Of a DNA stretch of 64,000 nt, positions 8,129-16,959 are shown in pieces. The notes under the pieces were generated by a model. It saw nothing but the letters and a program-made list of their open reading frames with translations. It was not told the origin of the DNA and ran no database searches. Made by a program: the position numbers and the translations under genes. Numbering within the stretch: position 1 is the first letter of the stretch; each line of letters begins with the position of its first letter. The DNA is from Bacteroidales bacterium UBA1756. Lineage in GTDB: Bacteria > Bacteroidota > Bacteroidia > Bacteroidales > WCHB1-69. The DNA lies in contig DCHI01000031.1 in NCBI GenBank assembly GCA_002314795.1, positions 2,157 to 66,156 on the forward strand. The letters run 5' to 3'.

Positions 8129-10712
8129 TATGCATAAATCGATGATAAATTTAAGAAAATGTTTTCACCGTCTTAGCATTTTCGCTTTGGCGGTTTTGTT
8201 ATTTGGCTTAACATTCAATCTTTCAGCGCAAAAGCCGAAATCCGCTCCGATGGATTTGAATTCTATGACAACGAGTACGACCGGTGTCATTGCGGGTAAT
8301 CTCGTGGATGAAAACGGCAAGCCGTTGGCGTACGCTTCCTTGTACGTTTTGAAGGAAAAAGATTCAACCACCGTATCTTACGGCCTTACGGACGATGCCG
8401 GAAATTTTGTCATTGCGAACATCCCCTTCGGACATTCCTTCCTGAAGATTGACTATATGGGTTATAGTACTTTTTATTCGTCCGTTTTTGTTCTGAGTTT
8501 GAACAATCCGGTTTATAAAATGCAGCAAATCAAGTTAGACCAGAAAGCGACGATGTTGGGGACAGTGGAAATCAAGGCCGAACGCGAGATGTTGCAAAGC
8601 AATCTTGACAAGAAGGTTTTTAATGTCAGTGCCAGCATCAATGCCGAAGGCGAAACCGCCTTGGAAGTGCTGGAGGATATTCCGTCCGTCAGTGTCGACT
8701 TGGACGGGAATGTCACGTTGCGAGGTAGCGAAAACGTGACGATTTTGGTCGATGGCCGTCCGACGAACTTGACGTTAGACCAGATTCCGGCCAACCAGAT
8801 TGAGAGTATCGAAGTCGTCACCAACCCGTCGGCTCGTTTGGAACCCGATGGAATGGCCGGCATTTTGAATGTCGTTCTGAAGAAAAAGCGTGAAAGTGGC
8901 TTCAACGGTATGGTAAGCGCTCGCGGCGGAATGGGTTTCTTTCGGAACAAGCCCGTCCTTGGAAACTACGGTGGAAATGTCAGTTTGAATTATAACTACG
9001 GTAAAATCAACGTGTTCCTTAATTACGATTTGCGCGGTTACAATCACGTAAACGGTGGAACAACCTCCCGCGACTCCTGGTTCGGAAATGACACGATGCG
9101 TCTTTTTCAAGACAATACGGGACTTTTTTCCGGAATTAATCACAGCGTCCGCACAGGCCTCGACTGGTTCATCAATAAAAAGAACACGCTCAGTTTCACC
9201 CTTTCATATAATTATAATAAAAATGAAGGAGGAAGCAATCTCCAAGTTACCGACGACAGTATTCGGAACGGCGAGGCGATTCCTTACCAACGTTATCAGC
9301 AGATTTCTTCGGATCAGAGGAAACGACATAATTTTGATGCCAGCATCAATTATAAGAAAACGTTTGAAACCAAGGGAATGGAGCTGACATCCGACCTCTA
9401 TTTCAACCGGAATCTTGCAGCGGCCTTTGATACTACTACCCAGGATTACGACTACCCGGTTTATCAATACGATATTTTCCAAAAGACCACCACGGATGAC
9501 AATAACTTGACGGCTACAGGCCAAGTGGACTTCGTGACTCCCGTTGGAAAAAGCGGACGTATTGAGACTGGTTACAAGATTTCTTACCGTTCCATTGGCG
9601 AAGATTACCGCTATTTCGAAGGAAGCGAAATAGTGCCTTTTGCACAGGACTTGTCGCAAAGCAACCATTTCGTCTATTCGGAAATGATCAACGCCCTCTA
9701 TTTCATTTACTCCAACTCGTTTTGGGACAAGCTGAAACTTCAGGTCGGCTTGCGTGGTGAAATGGCAAATACGACATCCGATTTGAAGTCGGCGGGTGAA
9801 GTTCATAAAAAAGATTATTACAACCTGTTTCCGACGGCACACCTTCGTTACGACATTACGAAGGAACACTCCTTGCAACTCAGTTACTCGCGTCGTGTGA
9901 GCCGTCCCTCCATTTGGCAGTTGAATCCGTTTGTTAATGTTTCTGATAAGCAGAACTATCGTTGCGGAAATCCCGACCTGATGCCGGAATTTGTCAATTC
10001 CGTGGAACTCGGTTACTTGATGACTATCAAGAAATCGTCCCTGAATTTCACCGCATTCTACCGTCACCGCGATGACATCATCAGCCGCTACACCGAAATT
10101 CTGCAGGATACGTTGGACGGGGAACCTCATACCTACACGTTGACCACTTATCGTAACTTGAAAAAGGGACAGAATTTTGGTCTGGAGATGGTTTACGGAC
10201 AACAGTTGTGGAAATTCTGGAAGATATCTTTGAGTGGCAGCGTCTATCGTGAAATTATTGATAGTGAGGAACATCTGGACGATTACCTCGCTCGCGACTG
10301 GACGTGGAATGTGCGTTTGAACCAGACTTTCACTCTTCCGAAAGATTGGGTTCTCCAGTTGAACTGTCGTTATCGGGCACCGAGTCTGACAACCGGAAGT
10401 ATGGGCTGGGGCTCCGGCGGCGTGGGACAGGGAAAACGTTCCGGTAATTATTCCATCGATTTCGGTCTGAAAAAATCATTCCTCAAAAAATCTTTGGTGG
10501 TTGCTCTGAATGTCAGAAATCTCATCAGTTCCTACAAAACGAAGATTATTACTTATAATTATGGCCAAAATTCTGGCTATGATGCTGTAAGTATCAGAGA
10601 AAGAACACGTTTTAATATCTCTCTATCAGTTAGTTATAAAATAAATAATTATAAAATAAGAAAAGAGAAGATGCCAACCGATGACGGTGGTGGTTATATG
10701 GATGAAGATTAG
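8129..10712 (+). CDS. TonB-dependent-receptor-like outer-membrane beta-barrel protein (CarboxypepD_reg + plug + barrel)
   Basis: Start chosen at MHKSMINLRK (ATG 8129) before the signal peptide. It has a CarboxypepD-like segment GVIAGNLVDENGKPLAYASLYV and a plug-like segment DGNVTLRGSENVTILVDGRPT. The upstream 7926 extension overlaps the previous gene. Confidence 0.8.
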
Positions 10713-10751
10713 TGGTTAACGCATCCTGTCTTTCTTTAAAAAATGTAGAAA

Positions 10752-11879
10752 ATGTCTGTTGAAATTCAAGAAGTTGTAAGCAAAAAGCAATTACGTCAGT
10801 TTGTAGAATTCCCGAATCGGTTATACCGAGATAACCCGTATTATGTGCCGCAGTTAGTTTCTGCCGACTTGGACTCCTTGACTCCGGGAAAGAATCACGC
10901 TTTCGATTTTTGTGAAGGAAAGTATTGGCTCGCCAGCCGCGATGGAAAAATCGTCGGACGTATTGCTGGTATTATCAATCACGAATACAACAAGCAAATG
11001 GGTAAGATATACATCCGTTTCGGTTGGTTGGATTTTGTTGATGATGAGGAAGTTGTAAATCAATTGATTCACACGATGGAGACGTGGGCAAAGTCAAAGA
11101 ATGCAGATTTCATCTGCGGGCCTGTCGGTTTTTTAGAGTTTGATATTGCCGGCGTTTTGGTGGAGGGCTACGACCAAATCCCGACGGCATACGGTAAATA
11201 CAATGCTCCTTATTACGCGGGACATTTAGAACGCCTCGGGTATGCGAAGGAGGTTGACTGGGTGGAATATCAAGTGAAAATCCCAGATACCATTCCGGCT
11301 GCCGTTCACCGCGTCGCACAGGTGACCGCTGAACGCCACGGATTGACACTTCTCCAGTTTGATAACAAAAAGGCACTGTTAGCATACGCAGACAAACTTT
11401 TTGCTTTGATGAATCGTCAATATGCTTGCATTCACGGATTTACACAACTCACGCCGGGACAAGTCGAGGATTTGAAAAATCAGTTTCTCCCGATGTTGAA
11501 TCTCAAGTTCGTTTCCATTGTCGTGGATTCGAATGATGAGCTTGTCGGTTTTGCCATTTGCCTTCCGTCCGTATCAAAAGCGTTGCAGAAGGCGCGCGGC
11601 CATCTGTTCCCGTTTGGTTTCATCCACATCTTGCGTGCTCTCCGGAAAAATGATACCATTGATACACTGTTGATCGCAGTAGCGACGGAGTATCAGAACA
11701 AGGGCGTAACAGCTATGATGTTTGATCGCTTGTGGCAGCAAATGCACGACAACGGTTTCACCACCTTGGAAAGCACTCGTCAGTTGGAGAATAATCTTCA
11801 CGTCCGCAACCTGTGGAATCGCTTTGGTTTCAAGTTGCATAAACGGGCACGCAGTTTCATCAAATCGGTTGAGAAATAG
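10752..11879 (+). CDS. GNAT-family N-acetyltransferase-like protein
   Basis: 375 aa. The N-terminus (QLRQFVEFPNRLYRDNPYYVPQL) and the C-terminal acetyltransferase-like core (YQNKGVTAMMF) resemble a conserved Bacteroidota GNAT family. Confidence 0.6.
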   Translation: MSVEIQEVVSKKQLRQFVEFPNRLYRDNPYYVPQLVSADLDSLTPGKNHAFDFCEGKYWLASRDGKIVGRIAGIINHEYNKQMGKIYIRFGWLDFVDDEEVVNQLIHTMETWAKSKNADFICGPVGFLEFDIAGVLVEGYDQIPTAYGKYNAPYYAGHLERLGYAKEVDWVEYQVKIPDTIPAAVHRVAQVTAERHGLTLLQFDNKKALLAYADKLFALMNRQYACIHGFTQLTPGQVEDLKNQFLPMLNLKFVSIVVDSNDELVGFAICLPSVSKALQKARGHLFPFGFIHILRALRKNDTIDTLLIAVATEYQNKGVTAMMFDRLWQQMHDNGFTTLESTRQLENNLHVRNLWNRFGFKLHKRARSFIKSVEK

Positions 11880-11933
11880 GAAAAGAAGAGTGCCATTTTT
11901 ATTTGAAAATGTGCGTCATTCCAAACTTATTCG

Positions 11934-11941
11934 TATTTTTG
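11934..11941 (+). promoter_or_regulatory. Bacteroidota -7 box (TATTTTTG)
   Basis: TATTTTTGCCGCC lies 34 nt upstream of the ATG at 11975. Confidence 0.5.
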
Positions 11942-11974
11942 CCGCCTTTCTAAAACAACTGACAATTATCTGAA

Positions 11975-12832
11975 ATGAAGATGAAAAAGTTTGTCATCTA
12001 CTTGTTTGTCTGCACGTTAATGGCAAGTTGCGGAAAACATAAACCTACGATTACCATCGTCCCCGATTACGCAAAGAATCATTTGGAACGCGAACATATT
12101 TACGGTAAAGTGAAAACGATTACCGACAAAATGTATTACGTTTTTAATAAGAGTGTGGATTCGTTGACGGAGGATCGCTTGTGCGCTGTTACGGTTTATC
12201 ACTATGGTTCAGATGGTTGGCTGAACGAAGTCCTCAAGTTGAGTGCGAATGGAGACACGATGTCACAACGGAAGATTTACTATGACGACCACGCTAAGAT
12301 GATTCGCGACGAGTTGTACGACAGCACGGGCGTCCGCATCGAGTATTCTTTGTATGAAAACGATAAGAACGGTTTTCGTGTCAAAGAGGAAAAATATTCC
12401 CGGGACTCACTTGTAAGAACACTCCTTTACCAAAACGATGCTTTCGGAAATCTGGTTTCGATGACGATGCAGACGGAACTGTTCAAAATGACACGAAAGT
12501 ATAGCAACAACGAGGTGGGCTTGGCCGTTCGTGTGGATGAGTTTGATCCTGATGGAAAGTTATTTAAATATGTCACGATGGAATATGACAACTATGGAGA
12601 CATCGTCAACCGTAACGTTTATCGTGATGATGGGCAGCTTTGTGAATACACGCATACCCAATATGCGGACAATGGTTGTCTCTTGAAAACCGTTTATGAG
12701 GACAAGTTGGCTCGGATGAGCGAGGTTCGTGAATATTCCAATCACGATGAACAGAAAAACTGGACTAAGAACGTACGAAAAGTTGATAGCAAACCTCTTT
12801 TCGTCATTGATAGAAAAATCATATACTATTAA
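11975..12832 (+). CDS. hypothetical lipoprotein with short Y/D-rich beta-hairpin-like repeats
   Basis: Lipobox LMASC. The body has recurring Y-x-D/N-G patterns (YYDDH, YENDKNG, YQNDAFG, YDNYGD, YRDDGQ, YADNG). Confidence 0.6.
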   Translation: MKMKKFVIYLFVCTLMASCGKHKPTITIVPDYAKNHLEREHIYGKVKTITDKMYYVFNKSVDSLTEDRLCAVTVYHYGSDGWLNEVLKLSANGDTMSQRKIYYDDHAKMIRDELYDSTGVRIEYSLYENDKNGFRVKEEKYSRDSLVRTLLYQNDAFGNLVSMTMQTELFKMTRKYSNNEVGLAVRVDEFDPDGKLFKYVTMEYDNYGDIVNRNVYRDDGQLCEYTHTQYADNGCLLKTVYEDKLARMSEVREYSNHDEQKNWTKNVRKVDSKPLFVIDRKIIYY

Positions 12833-12850
12833 CCAAACCAATTAAGAAAA

Positions 12851-13276
12851 ATGGATTTAAGCAAAGTATTGTCAATTACTGGAAAAGGTGGACTTTTCCT
12901 ATTAGTATCAAAAGGTAACAATTGTTTTATCGTTGAGTCATTGACGGACAAAAAGCGTTTCCCCGCTTTCTCGCACGACGGCGTGGCCAACTTGGAAAAT
13001 ATCTCTATATTTACTGAAGAAGAGGATGTTACGTTGCAGTCAGTATTTCAATCTATGTACAAGAAAGAAAATGGTGGCAAGTGTACGGTCAGTATGAACG
13101 ACAACAATGCTTTGAAAGCATATTTTGCTTCCGTTCTCCCGAATTATGACCGCGAACGTGTCTATGTTTCCAATATCAAGAAAGTTATCAGTTGGTATAA
13201 CATCCTCGTTGACCATAAGTTGGTTGATCTCGAGGAAGCGCCTAAGGCAGAAGAAACTGCCGAAAAAGCAGAATAA
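12851..13276 (+). CDS. conserved hypothetical cytoplasmic protein (DUF5606-like)
   Basis: 141-aa ORF with no signal peptide and an acidic tail. The family name is from memory only. Confidence 0.5.
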   Translation: MDLSKVLSITGKGGLFLLVSKGNNCFIVESLTDKKRFPAFSHDGVANLENISIFTEEEDVTLQSVFQSMYKKENGGKCTVSMNDNNALKAYFASVLPNYDRERVYVSNIKKVISWYNILVDHKLVDLEEAPKAEETAEKAE

Positions 13277-13292
13277 TTGATTGTCTCTAACA

Positions 13293-13329
13293 AAAAAGTG
13301 CGGAAAATTCATCGTTTTCCGCACTTTTT
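13293..13329. terminator. bidirectional rho-independent terminator
   Basis: AAAAAGTGCGGAAAA-ttcatcg-TTTTCCGCACTTTTT sits between convergent genes. Confidence 0.75.
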
Positions 13330-13345
13330 GTTTAAAGTCATTCTG

Positions 13346-15406
13346 TTAGTAAACGATGACTTTTCGAGTTTCTCTGTTCGTTTTTACGATGTAAAGACCA
13401 GGAACGAGCGATTGACTGAAGTTGTTAGTCGGCTTCGTACGTACGATTTCTCGTCCCATCGCATCGTAAATCTTTATGAAGACCGCTTCTTCACTTTGGA
13501 TGATAATCCGTCCGAATGAACTGTATATGAATACTTTGTCTGTCTGTATACTGCTGTTTTGGATGGATGTGGGAACATCCGCACAGGTGGAACTAATGGA
13601 GAAGTCCTTGATTTCCCAAGCCGGATTCTGACTTGTGGCTTGCACTTCGTATTTGAATGCTAATGTTATTGACTGACGTCCGACAAACGGGGCCAATGAG
13701 ATTTCGTTTTCTTGCCAATCCCACGTTGTAGTCGGCATATTGGGAATGGAAAGTTGCGTCCAAGAGGCGGTCGTTGGATTTCCGTTGTAGTTTTCAGAAA
13801 CTAACAGTTTGCAATACTGTGGCCAGGTGGTGCTGTTCCCGTAGCCGAGTGCGTGCGTGAAGCGGACGGTGGCTTCCGACTTGTCACTAAGGTCAAAAGT
13901 GGGGGAGACGAGCCAGTCGATGTTGGCGCCCTTGTTGCTCCCGTTAATGTAGGCACATTCGTAATTGGTGTAGCCGTACCAGTAGGCGTCACCACCCAGG
14001 TCAATGGGACGGAAGCAGCCGAAGGATTGGGCAAAACTTTCGTCAAGATGAATGGGCTGGCAGGTATCACTATGTTCGGAATGGAGCGAGAGTCCGACGA
14101 GTATGGGGTCGTGATCGGAATAACGATAGATGGTGGTGTCGCTGCTGTATTTGTAATAAAGTGAGTAGATTTCGTCCGCATTGAGGTGGTAAGGTTTTGC
14201 CCCGGTGATTTGTTCGGCAAGCGTATGGGAGGCAAAGGCGTGGTCCAAATATTGTGTCTCATTGTCAAAGCAGTAACTGTAGTCGGTCGGGGCGAAACGG
14301 GCGAGCTGGTTTTCGTAGCCCGATTCCACCAAGAAACGGAGAGGCTCTTCCATCGTTCCGCAGTTCATATCGCCGACGATGAGGACGTCTGGGTCACCGA
14401 AGTAGTTGTTTTCCAATTCGTTGTTAAGAAACTGAGTCAAGTGTTCTGCGTTTTCCACTCGTTCACTGTTATAGTAGTGGTTTGCTTCCGTGCCGCCCGC
14501 TTTCGACTTAAAGTGGTTCATACACAGCACGAAACGTTCACCCGTCTCGATTTCTTCAAAACACTGCACTTCCTCTCTTCGGTAATTTCCGTACATATTG
14601 AAATAGGTATTTGACGCCGGCGCATACGGATGACCGAGGTGCAAAACCGGACGGATTTTGTCAGTTCGATAGACGAAACCCACTTTGATGTAACTTTCGT
14701 TGGTAACGGCATTGTCATCGTCTGAAACAAATGCGTACGGGTATGGGGTGCTTCCGTTCAATCCGTTGACAAGGTATTCCAAAGCAGTCGGTCCCTGTTG
14801 AAGTTCCGTAAAAGCGAAAACGTCAGCGTGAATATTGGCTAAAGCTTTGATTACCTTAATGTTCTGTCTTGTAAATTCTTCATCGCTAAGAGCGCCGTAA
14901 CTGTTGGAATCGGTATTCGGACAATAGTATTCAAGGTTGGCGGCGCATACGATGATGCGGGCGTCGCCCAAGTCGGGGGGCGTGGTCGGACGAATGTTGT
15001 TGGCTACAACTGGCGTCCCATCAATGCGGATGTTGAAGGAATCGGTTACTGTTGCGGTAAGTCCGGTAATGGTGGCCCCGAGACGGATGGTGTCAGCGCG
15101 AAGAGAGTAGCAACGGGCCGAAAGAACGGCGGTGGCGTGGGCCGCCACGATACTGTCGTAGGTACTGCTTCCTTCCATCGCTACTTCTTCTGGCGCACGA
15201 AGCCGAGCATACGAAAGATAGAGATACCCGCCATATTGGTTCTGGTAATGGCCGCAAACATAAAGTGTCTGATCAAAAGTCACTTCTTGTCCAATAAAAT
15301 TGCCGAGGTTTTGTCCGTGAAATACGATGTCGGTTTGCGAGTGTAGCGGCTGGTAAATGAGTGCTGACAAAAGAATAAAAGTAGCAATCGTCCGAAGGGT
15401 TTTCAT
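13346..15406 (-). CDS. secreted endonuclease/exonuclease/phosphatase-fold nuclease (ExeM/NucH-like) with a T9SS C-terminal sorting domain
   Basis: Start chosen at MKTLRTIATFILL (ATG 15406) before the signal peptide. An EEP-like core is followed by a module like the choice-of-anchor J domain family (ANIDWLVSPTFDL). The C-terminal ~70 aa (KIYDAMGREI...GLYIVKT) match the T9SS tail pattern. Confidence 0.75.
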   Translation of the reverse strand: MKTLRTIATFILLSALIYQPLHSQTDIVFHGQNLGNFIGQEVTFDQTLYVCGHYQNQYGGYLYLSYARLRAPEEVAMEGSSTYDSIVAAHATAVLSARCYSLRADTIRLGATITGLTATVTDSFNIRIDGTPVVANNIRPTTPPDLGDARIIVCAANLEYYCPNTDSNSYGALSDEEFTRQNIKVIKALANIHADVFAFTELQQGPTALEYLVNGLNGSTPYPYAFVSDDDNAVTNESYIKVGFVYRTDKIRPVLHLGHPYAPASNTYFNMYGNYRREEVQCFEEIETGERFVLCMNHFKSKAGGTEANHYYNSERVENAEHLTQFLNNELENNYFGDPDVLIVGDMNCGTMEEPLRFLVESGYENQLARFAPTDYSYCFDNETQYLDHAFASHTLAEQITGAKPYHLNADEIYSLYYKYSSDTTIYRYSDHDPILVGLSLHSEHSDTCQPIHLDESFAQSFGCFRPIDLGGDAYWYGYTNYECAYINGSNKGANIDWLVSPTFDLSDKSEATVRFTHALGYGNSTTWPQYCKLLVSENYNGNPTTASWTQLSIPNMPTTTWDWQENEISLAPFVGRQSITLAFKYEVQATSQNPAWEIKDFSISSTCADVPTSIQNSSIQTDKVFIYSSFGRIIIQSEEAVFIKIYDAMGREIVRTKPTNNFSQSLVPGLYIVKTNRETRKVIVY

Positions 15407-15424
15407 ACAATTTTGAATTAGGTT

Positions 15425-15432
15425 GCAAAAGT
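15425..15432 (-). promoter_or_regulatory. Bacteroidota -7 box (TACTTTTG) for the nuclease gene
   Basis: The minus strand reads TACTTTTGCAACC, 19 nt upstream of the ATG at 15406. Confidence 0.5.
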
Positions 15433-15581
15433 AATTATTATTATGTTTCGCAGAAACTCTGAAATGATTTTTCCAAAAAGTTATTGCAGAAGTGATTCTC
15501 ATCACATTTATTCATTCTAATTTATTGAAAATCAAATGTAATATTTTTTTGAAAAGACAGGCCTATTTATAAATAAAAATG

Positions 15582-15589
15582 TATTTTTG
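15582..15589 (+). promoter_or_regulatory. Bacteroidota -7 box (TATTTTTG) for trxA
   Basis: TATTTTTGCACGC lies 33 nt upstream of the ATG at 15622. Confidence 0.55.
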
Positions 15590-15621
15590 CACGCTTTTTT
15601 CACATTAAAAGTCAAAGAAAT

Positions 15622-15936
15622 ATGGCATTGGAAATCAACAGCGCAAATTTTGAACAAGTCACTCAGAGTGACAAGTTGGTTATCATTGATTTTTGGGCAA
15701 CCTGGTGTGGCCCTTGCCGTGCTCTTTCTCCAATTATGGATGAGTTGGCAGAAGAATACAAAGACCAAGTCGTTATTGGAAAATGTGACACGGACGCTAA
15801 CGGTGACATCGCTATGCAGTTTGGTGTACGCAACATCCCGATGCTTGTATTTCTTAAAAATGGCGAAGTCGTTGAGACGCTTGTTGGTTTGCAACGCAAA
15901 AACGACTTGGTGCGTTTGATTGACTCACTGAAATAA
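15622..15936 (+). CDS. trxA: thioredoxin
   Basis: 104 aa with the canonical WATWCGPC active site and thioredoxin length. Confidence 0.95.
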   Translation: MALEINSANFEQVTQSDKLVIIDFWATWCGPCRALSPIMDELAEEYKDQVVIGKCDTDANGDIAMQFGVRNIPMLVFLKNGEVVETLVGLQRKNDLVRLIDSLK

Positions 15937-15942
15937 AAGTCA

Positions 15943-16023
15943 GCCCGGGTGGCGGAATGGTAGACGCGCTCGTTTCAGGTGCGAGTGTCGAGAGACGTGC
16001 AAGTTCGACTCTTGTCCCGGGCA
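15943..16023 (+). tRNA. tRNA-Leu (anticodon CAG), type II
   Basis: Acceptor GCCCGGG/CCCGGGC, anticodon stem CTCGT/GCGAG with loop TTCAGGT, T-arm GCAAG-TTCGACT-CTTGT. It starts 7 nt after the trxA stop. Confidence 0.9.
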
Positions 16024-16042
16024 CATTCCTACTTTAAAATGG

Positions 16043-16073
16043 CCTCTAATCCTAAAAGATTAGAGGTTTTTTT
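16043..16073 (+). terminator. rho-independent terminator after tRNA-Leu(CAG)
   Basis: CCTCTAATC-ctaaaa-GATTAGAGG followed by TTTTTTT. Confidence 0.75.
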
Positions 16074-16180
16074 ATCGTCTTTGTGTGGCATTTCTATCCT
16101 TGATTTTAGGATGGATATTCTTTTTCATAAAATTTTCAAAAAAAATATTCCTACCATTGTTTTTTTTAGAAGATATATAG

Positions 16181-16188
16181 TATCTTTG
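16181..16188 (+). promoter_or_regulatory. Bacteroidota -7 box (TATCTTTG)
   Basis: TATCTTTGCAGCC lies 55 nt upstream of the ATG at 16243. Confidence 0.5.
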
Positions 16189-16242
16189 CAGCCGTTTTCA
16201 AAGAGTTGAAAATTCTAACTAACAGTTTTAACAAATCTATAA

Positions 16243-16959
16243 ATGATGGATAATAATCCCGTTTCTCCTATGCAGTTGCCTGGCTCGTTCGATTGGGACA
16301 AGTTAGGTGAATTTATTGCTTCTGTTTCTGAACAAATGAAAGAAACCGACCGTCGAATGAAAGAAACTGATCGTCGAATGAAAGAAACTGACCTCCAGAT
16401 GAAAGAGACCGATCGTCGAATAAAAGAAACCGATCGTGTATTTCAAGAGACGGCACGTTTTATACAACAGTCTCGTAGTGACATTGTTGAAATGAGACAA
16501 GAGTTCCGGCAGCAAATCAGGGACATTACTACTCGTTTTCTTTCACAAAGCGGTCATATTGTTGAAGGCCTGATGGAACCCTCTGCTTGGAACTTGTTTA
16601 AAGACCTGGGATTCAATATCGTAGCTTGTTGGAAAGAGATGAAAGCAACGAACAAGTTAACGCAACGTCGTATGGAAGTGGATCTCTTTTACCACGATAC
16701 AACTGAAGCAATTGCTGTAGAGGTTAAGATTAAGTGCGAACGGGAAGACATCGATCATTTCTTGGAGCAGATGAGCCATTTTAAAGAAGTCTTTACAAGG
16801 TACTCCGATGTGAATGTGTATGCCGCTATTGCGGCGCTTAATTATAACCGTGGTGCCGATGCATACGCCGCTGAAAAAGGACTCTTTGTTATTCACGTAA
16901 CTGATAATGACGTTTTTACGGTGGACGCTACAACCAAAGAAAACAAAATCTATTTCTGA
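16243..16959 (+). CDS. hypothetical protein: N-terminal (MKETDRR)n coiled-coil repeat plus a C-terminal PD-(D/E)XK-like domain (DUF3782-like)
   Basis: Heptad repeat read directly. The C-terminal half has the nuclease-like spacing EVDLF...AVEVKIK (D...ExK). The family name is from memory. Confidence 0.6.
   Translation: MMDNNPVSPMQLPGSFDWDKLGEFIASVSEQMKETDRRMKETDRRMKETDLQMKETDRRIKETDRVFQETARFIQQSRSDIVEMRQEFRQQIRDITTRFLSQSGHIVEGLMEPSAWNLFKDLGFNIVACWKEMKATNKLTQRRMEVDLFYHDTTEAIAVEVKIKCEREDIDHFLEQMSHFKEVFTRYSDVNVYAAIAALNYNRGADAYAAEKGLFVIHVTDNDVFTVDATTKENKIYF
16336..16461 (+). repeat. intragenic 21-bp tandem repeat, 5 good copies plus 1 degenerate (MKETDRR heptads)
   Basis: ATGAAAGAAACCGACCGTCGA and variants at 16336, 16357, 16378, 16399 and 16420, with a degenerate copy at 16441. 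Confidence 0.9.

Noticed and set aside
9204-10274. 356-aa minus-strand ORF, along with the many other antisense ORFs in the track (for example 877..1569, 13801..14268, 45228..45773 and 57729..58250)
   Set aside because: All lie fully inside strongly supported genes on the opposite strand. They have biased low-complexity composition and no promoter or family signal.
13277-13519. 80-aa plus-strand ORF
   Set aside because: It begins inside a bidirectional terminator hairpin and runs antisense to the T9SS tail of the nuclease gene.
5297-16023. Two oppositely oriented tRNA-Leu genes with near-identical 3' halves bracketing about 10.5 kb, considered as possible island or invertible-segment boundaries
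   Set aside because: There is no integrase, recombinase or direct-repeat att-like duplication of the tRNA 3' end, and the enclosed genes look like ordinary envelope and housekeeping genes. The similarity is explained by the two being isoacceptors.
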